NCBI GenBank assembly: GCA_017399065.1
Contig: JAFQEL010000034.1
Coordinates: forward strand, 280 to 64,279
Length of the DNA: 64,000 nt
DNA from: Clostridia bacterium
GTDB taxonomy: Bacteria; Bacillota; Clostridia; Oscillospirales; Acutalibacteraceae
Reading direction: 5' to 3'
Made by a program: the position numbers and the translations under genes. Below are positions 60,014 through 64,000 of this stretch, piece by piece (the stretch's first letter is position 1; every line of letters starts with the position of its first letter). The notes beneath the pieces were generated by a model. That model did not search any database, had not been told where the DNA came from, and was given only the letters and a program-made list of their open reading frames with translations.

Positions 60014-60302
60014 CAAAAAAAAACGCCCCAAAAAGAAATTCAACATTTCTCTTTGAGACGAATTATAAAATCCGCGGTACCACTCAAATTGCAAGCAAAG
60101 CCTGCCGCTCAGGGGTCTATCAACCCTTTTGCACTAACGCAGCATTCTCGGAAGAAGCCTACTGGGAAACCGTTCGGTTCTTCAACTCGGAAGGGATAGG
60201 TTATTAAAACAAGGTACTGTTGGCTCGCAGCAACCGCCAACTCTCTGAAAGTCCATAGTTTCAACCGTCTTCGTCATAGTTTTTACTTGAGATATGAAAT
60301 TT
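60014..60302 (-). promoter_or_regulatory. T-box riboswitch leader 2 (specifier read as AUC, Ile; less certain)
   Basis: Minus strand. K-turn AAC-UAU-GA..GA-GUU, AGAGAG bulge, GGUUGCUGCGA distal loop, UGCGUUA F-box. T-box AAUUUGAGUGGUACCGCGG (60090..60072). 16-bp terminator plus U9. Confidence 0.8.
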
Positions 60303-60308
60303 GGATAA

Positions 60309-60337
60309 ATAATATCACAATGTAATTTTGGTGTCAA
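60309..60337 (-). promoter_or_regulatory. Promoter of T-box leader 2 (divergent from the leader 3 promoter)
   Basis: Minus strand TTGACA, 17-nt spacer, TATTAT. Confidence 0.5.
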
Positions 60338-60394
60338 TAGTTTTTTAAAAAATTTTTTCAAAGCGATTTTGTTATATTAATGTATAAAAAACAG

Positions 60395-60423
60395 TTGACA
60401 AAATATAATTTTAGTGATATTAT
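60395..60423 (+). promoter_or_regulatory. Promoter of T-box leader 3
   Basis: TTGACA (60395-60400), 17-nt spacer, TATTAT (60418-60423). Confidence 0.5.
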
Positions 60424-60429
60424 TTTTGC

Positions 60430-60720
60430 ATATTTTTTATATTTGTTAAATGCTACGAAGGAATTACGTCTTTTTGGTACGGCAGTTCAGAGAGTTGACG
60501 GCAGGTGCAAGTCAATCTGTTACAAAAATTCGGTCTCGTTCCGGAGCAGAGCTCCCCAACCGCTTACGGCATGTAAGGAGCTACGGACGCCCCGTTATCA
60601 TGGCTACAGGCTTTTTAGAGCCTTAATGAGTGACTGCTTTTGCAGTAACCGGGGTGGTACCGCGGATTTTGAAATTCGTCCCTGAGGTCATATTACAGTG
60701 ACCTCAGGGCTTTTATTTAT
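60430..60720 (+). promoter_or_regulatory. T-box riboswitch leader 3 (specifier CUC, Leu)
   Basis: K-turn UGC-UAC-GA (60451-60458) .. GA-GCA (60544-60548), AGAGAG bulge, GGCAGGUGCAA distal loop, CCGUUA F-box. T-box AACCGGGGUGGUACCGCGG (60647-60665). Terminator CCCTGAGGTCA..TGACCTCAGGG plus a T-run. Confidence 0.85.
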
Positions 60721-60752
60721 TAAAGAATATTAAACAATATTATTCCGAAAGG

Positions 60753-62165
60753 ATGAGCGAAATGAGAAAAATCATTATTGCAGACCGTACAGTGGTTCTT
60801 AAATCACAGTCAAAGGACACATCTCTAAGCTTTAAAGAAAAAGTTGAAATCGCAAGACTTCTCGAAAGTGCAAAGGTTCAGGTTGTAGAATTTCCTGCGA
60901 TTGAAAACGTTAAAATTGATACTCTGCTACTCAAAACAATCTGTGCATTTCTGAAAAACAGCACAATGAGTGTATGCACAGGAATGACCGAGGAGGGTGT
61001 AACAAACGCATGGAATGCTATTTCTTCTGCATCAAACCCCCGCCTTTCCGTTGCGCTCCCCCTCTCACCTGTTCAGATGGAATATGTCTGCCACAAAAAG
61101 GCACCGAAAATGCTTGAGCTTATCACTTCACTTATTGAGAAATCAGCTTCTCTTTGCAATGACGTCGAGTTTGTTGCACTTGATGCTACAAGAGCAGAAA
61201 AAGATTTCCTTTACGAAGCAATCAACACAGCAATCAATGCAGGCGCAAAAACCGTCACAATCTGCGATGACGAAGCAGCAATGCTCCCCGATACTTTTGT
61301 AAGCTTTATTAAAAAAATAAAAGAAGATGTTCCCGCAATAAACAGCGTTAAGCTCGGTGTTATGTGCGACAATAAGAACGGTTGCTCTGCAGCAGCTTCA
61401 ATGATGGCTCTTGCTGCAGGCGCAGACGAAATCAAGGCCGCCAGCGGCAAGGATCTTGGCATAGCATCACTGCTTACTGTTTCCAACATTGTAAGAAACA
61501 GCGGTGACAGACTGGGAATCAATGCTGATCTTAACTACACAGAGTTTGCAAGAATAATCTCTCAGGTTTCAAACCTAACAGACGGTAAGCCCAACGCAGA
61601 TGCCGTAGGCTCTGCAGTTCCATATTCTGAGTTCAACCTTACGGAGAACGATGATGCTCAGACCGTTGCAGATGCTGTCAAGAAGCTCGGCTATGACCTC
61701 TCAGAGGATGATAACGCAAAGGTTTACGAAGCATTCAAAGCCCTTGCAAAGAAAAAGCCTGTTTCAAACAAAGAGCTCGACGCTATAGTGGCCACAAGTG
61801 CACTTCAGGTTACACCTGCATACAAGCTCATTAACTACGTTATCAACTCGGGTAACATAATAAATTCATCCGCTCAGATTACTCTTGAAAAAGATGAGCA
61901 GGAGAAAAATGCCATTGCTATCGGTGACGGTCCTATTGATGCTGCTTTCAATGCCATTGAGCAGATTCTCGGTCATCACTACGAGCTTGACGATTTCCAG
62001 ATTCAGTCTGTTACCGAAGGCAGAGAAGCCGTTGGCTCAGCTATTGTAAGACTTCGTTCCAACGGCAAGCTCTATGCCGGTAAGGGTATTTCAACAGACA
62101 TTATCGGTGCAAGCATCAAAGCATATATCAATGCAATCAACAAGATTATTTTTGAGGAGAACTGA
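60753..62165 (+). CDS. LeuA/CimA-family (DRE-TIM) homologue with degenerate active site and an intact C-terminal LeuA-dimer/regulatory domain
   Basis: Aligns along its whole length with 2-isopropylmalate synthase, but DTTLRDGEQ is replaced by DRTVVLKSQ and HxH(D/N)D by MCDNKN. The C-terminal GDGPIDAAFNAIEQI..GKGISTDIIGASIKAYINAINK is conserved. Confidence 0.7.
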   Translation: MSEMRKIIIADRTVVLKSQSKDTSLSFKEKVEIARLLESAKVQVVEFPAIENVKIDTLLLKTICAFLKNSTMSVCTGMTEEGVTNAWNAISSASNPRLSVALPLSPVQMEYVCHKKAPKMLELITSLIEKSASLCNDVEFVALDATRAEKDFLYEAINTAINAGAKTVTICDDEAAMLPDTFVSFIKKIKEDVPAINSVKLGVMCDNKNGCSAAASMMALAAGADEIKAASGKDLGIASLLTVSNIVRNSGDRLGINADLNYTEFARIISQVSNLTDGKPNADAVGSAVPYSEFNLTENDDAQTVADAVKKLGYDLSEDDNAKVYEAFKALAKKKPVSNKELDAIVATSALQVTPAYKLINYVINSGNIINSSAQITLEKDEQEKNAIAIGDGPIDAAFNAIEQILGHHYELDDFQIQSVTEGREAVGSAIVRLRSNGKLYAGKGISTDIIGASIKAYINAINKIIFEEN

Positions 62166-62170
62166 TAACT

Positions 62171-64000
62171 ATGAAGCTTTCTTTTTCAACTAAGGGTTGG
62201 CACGGATATTCATGGGATGAACTCTGCAACATAGCAGAAAAACAAGGTTTCAACGGTATTGAGCTCCATAATATCAACAACTCTTCATTCAACGAAAAAA
62301 ACGGTGCATTTTATTCAACCTCCGCTCAGGCAACAGTCAGAAATATGTACGAGAAGAATCTCAGAATTCCTTGTATTGACACCCTCGCAAACTCTGCCTG
62401 TGTAGAGGACAGAGAAGCTTTTACAAAAGAGCTTGATAAATGCCTTGAGATTGCCTGCACTCTTCATATCCCCTACGTACGTATTAAGGCAACTGACACA
62501 GGTGCAGATTACGACACACAGAAAAATGAGGTTATAAGCGTACTTTCAGCAATCATTCCCAAGGCTGAAAAATTAGGTGTTACAATCATCATTGAAACAG
62601 CAGGTATTTTTGCTGACACATCAAAGCTTCTTGAGGTGCTCAACACCTTTGCCTGTGACAGCCTTGCTGCTCTGTGGGACGTTTATTCAACTTACTTTAT
62701 AGCAAAAGAAGAGCCTGAAATCACAATCAAAAACCTTGGTGCATACGTTAAGCACGTACACATAAAGGATGCTGTCAGTGAAGACGGTGCCCTCACCTAC
62801 TGTCTTATCGGCGAAGGTGAGCTTCCGATTAACGAGGTTGTACTGTCACTCACATCTGTTAACTACAACGGTTATGCATCAATAGAATGGGATCCCAAAT
62901 GGATGCCTGAGCTTGATGATATGGAGATCATCTTCTCTCACTACGTGAGCTTTATGGCTCGTTTCGGTAACACCTCAAGAGGTAAGAAAAACCTTTTCTG
63001 GAACAAAACACATACAGGTAACTACGTCTGGAAAAAGGAAACTCTTATCGAAAAGACCTTCTCACAGGTGCTTGATAAAATGGTTGAGGAATTCCCTGAC
63101 CAATACGCTTTCAAATACACAACTCTCGATTACACAAGAACATATTCTCAGTTCCGCGATGACGTTGACGAGTGCTGCCGTGCATTCCTTGCTCTCGGCG
63201 TAAAGCCCGGCAGTCACGTTGCCGTATGGGCAACTAATGTTCCTCAGTGGTATATTGCTTTCTGGGCAGCAACAAAAATCGGTGCTGTTCTTGTTACAAT
63301 GAACACAGCGTACAAAATTGCTGAAGCAGAGTATCTTCTCAAGCAGTCTGACACACATACACTTATTCTTATTGACGGCTGGAGAGATTCCAACTACAAC
63401 GAAATAATCGGTCAGCTTTGTCCTGAGCTTGAAAACACTGTACCCGGCGAACCTCTTCATTCAAAGAGACTTCCGTTCCTCAGAAACGTTATTACAGTCG
63501 GTTTCAAGAAAAAAGGCTGCCTTACCTGGGATGAGGCTATTGCAAGAGCATCCGAAGTTCCTGTTGAAGAGGTTTACAGAATTGCAGCTAACGTTGACGT
63601 AAACGACGTATGTAATATGCAGTACACCTCAGGTACAACAGGCTTCCCCAAGGGCGTTATGCTCACTCACTACAATATCGTTAATAACGGTAAGAATATC
63701 GGCGACAGAATGGATCTTTCAACCGCTGACAGAATGATGATTCAGGTACCTATGTTCCACTGCTTCGGTATGGTTCTCGCAATGACCGCAACAATGACAC
63801 ACGGCGGCACAATATTCCCTCTCCCCTACTTTTCACCCAAGCCGTCTCTTGCCTGCATCAACAACGAAAGAATCACCGCATTCCACGGTGTTCCTACAAT
63901 GTTTATTGCTCTGCTTGAGCATCCTGACTTCCCAAAGACTGATTTCTCATATATGAGAACAGGTATTATGGCAGGCAGCCCTTGTCCGATTTCTGTTATG
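62171..64000 (+). CDS. Fusion of a xylose-isomerase-like TIM barrel (sugar phosphate isomerase/epimerase, AP_endonuc_2 type) and an AMP-dependent acyl-CoA ligase; 3' end beyond the window
   Basis: Absent from the ORF track (no stop). I read 610 uninterrupted codons from ATG 62171. N-terminal ~285 aa: MKLSFSTKGWHG..GIELHN..VRIKA..IIIETAG..HIKD..SIEWD. From ~63050: ..FSQVLDKMVEEFPDQYAF.., YTSGTTGFPKGVMLTH, ..GVPTMF... Confidence 0.75.
   Translation, partial: MKLSFSTKGWHGYSWDELCNIAEKQGFNGIELHNINNSSFNEKNGAFYSTSAQATVRNMYEKNLRIPCIDTLANSACVEDREAFTKELDKCLEIACTLHIPYVRIKATDTGADYDTQKNEVISVLSAIIPKAEKLGVTIIIETAGIFADTSKLLEVLNTFACDSLAALWDVYSTYFIAKEEPEITIKNLGAYVKHVHIKDAVSEDGALTYCLIGEGELPINEVVLSLTSVNYNGYASIEWDPKWMPELDDMEIIFSHYVSFMARFGNTSRGKKNLFWNKTHTGNYVWKKETLIEKTFSQVLDKMVEEFPDQYAFKYTTLDYTRTYSQFRDDVDECCRAFLALGVKPGSHVAVWATNVPQWYIAFWAATKIGAVLVTMNTAYKIAEAEYLLKQSDTHTLILIDGWRDSNYNEIIGQLCPELENTVPGEPLHSKRLPFLRNVITVGFKKKGCLTWDEAIARASEVPVEEVYRIAANVDVNDVCNMQYTSGTTGFPKGVMLTHYNIVNNGKNIGDRMDLSTADRMMIQVPMFHCFGMVLAMTATMTHGGTIFPLPYFSPKPSLACINNERITAFHGVPTMFIALLEHPDFPKTDFSYMRTGIMAGSPCPISVM

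Overview
This 64-kb chromosomal window comes from a moderately AT-rich Firmicute. It is most likely a fibrolytic Ruminococcus-type Clostridia. The taxon call is an inference from a type-I dockerin on a giant GLUG-repeat surface protein, many CAZymes, Gram-positive RBS and promoter syntax, and T-box leaders. I saw no rRNA, CRISPR array, transposase or integrase.

Gene content, left to right:
- A teichoic-acid-type GT2/TagF fusion, cut by the window edge.
- A GNAT::GH78 fusion, AlaX-L, a CPBP protease, pyruvate kinase, a YgjP peptidase and a beta-helix protein.
- An esterase, GH2, the dockerin protein and a metallophosphoesterase.
- A Tet(M)/EF-G-family GTPase and an NhaC-type transporter.
- An AT-rich islet carrying an orphan ATP-grasp gene and a small gene.
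- A complete F1Fo ATP synthase operon, bracketed by a perfect 70-bp duplication of the 3' end of tRNA-Pro(CGG) plus its terminator.
- A CAZyme-rich block: GH43, GH30, a second GH78, a SASA esterase and a second metallophosphoesterase.
- The most interesting locus, 50.6 kb to the window end.

In that last locus, three T-box riboswitch leaders have specifier positions that read GUA (Val), AUC (Ile) and CUC (Leu). They control two tandem HTH-cupin::acyl-CoA-synthetase fusions followed by a P-loop NTPase, a four-subunit 2-oxoacid:ferredoxin oxidoreductase and IlvE. Divergently, the third leader controls a catalytically degenerate LeuA homologue and a TIM-barrel::AMP-ligase fusion. I interpret this as a tRNA-charging-gated pathway that converts branched-chain volatile fatty acids to Val, Ile and Leu by reductive carboxylation.

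All family assignments come from reading motifs by eye. No database search was run.
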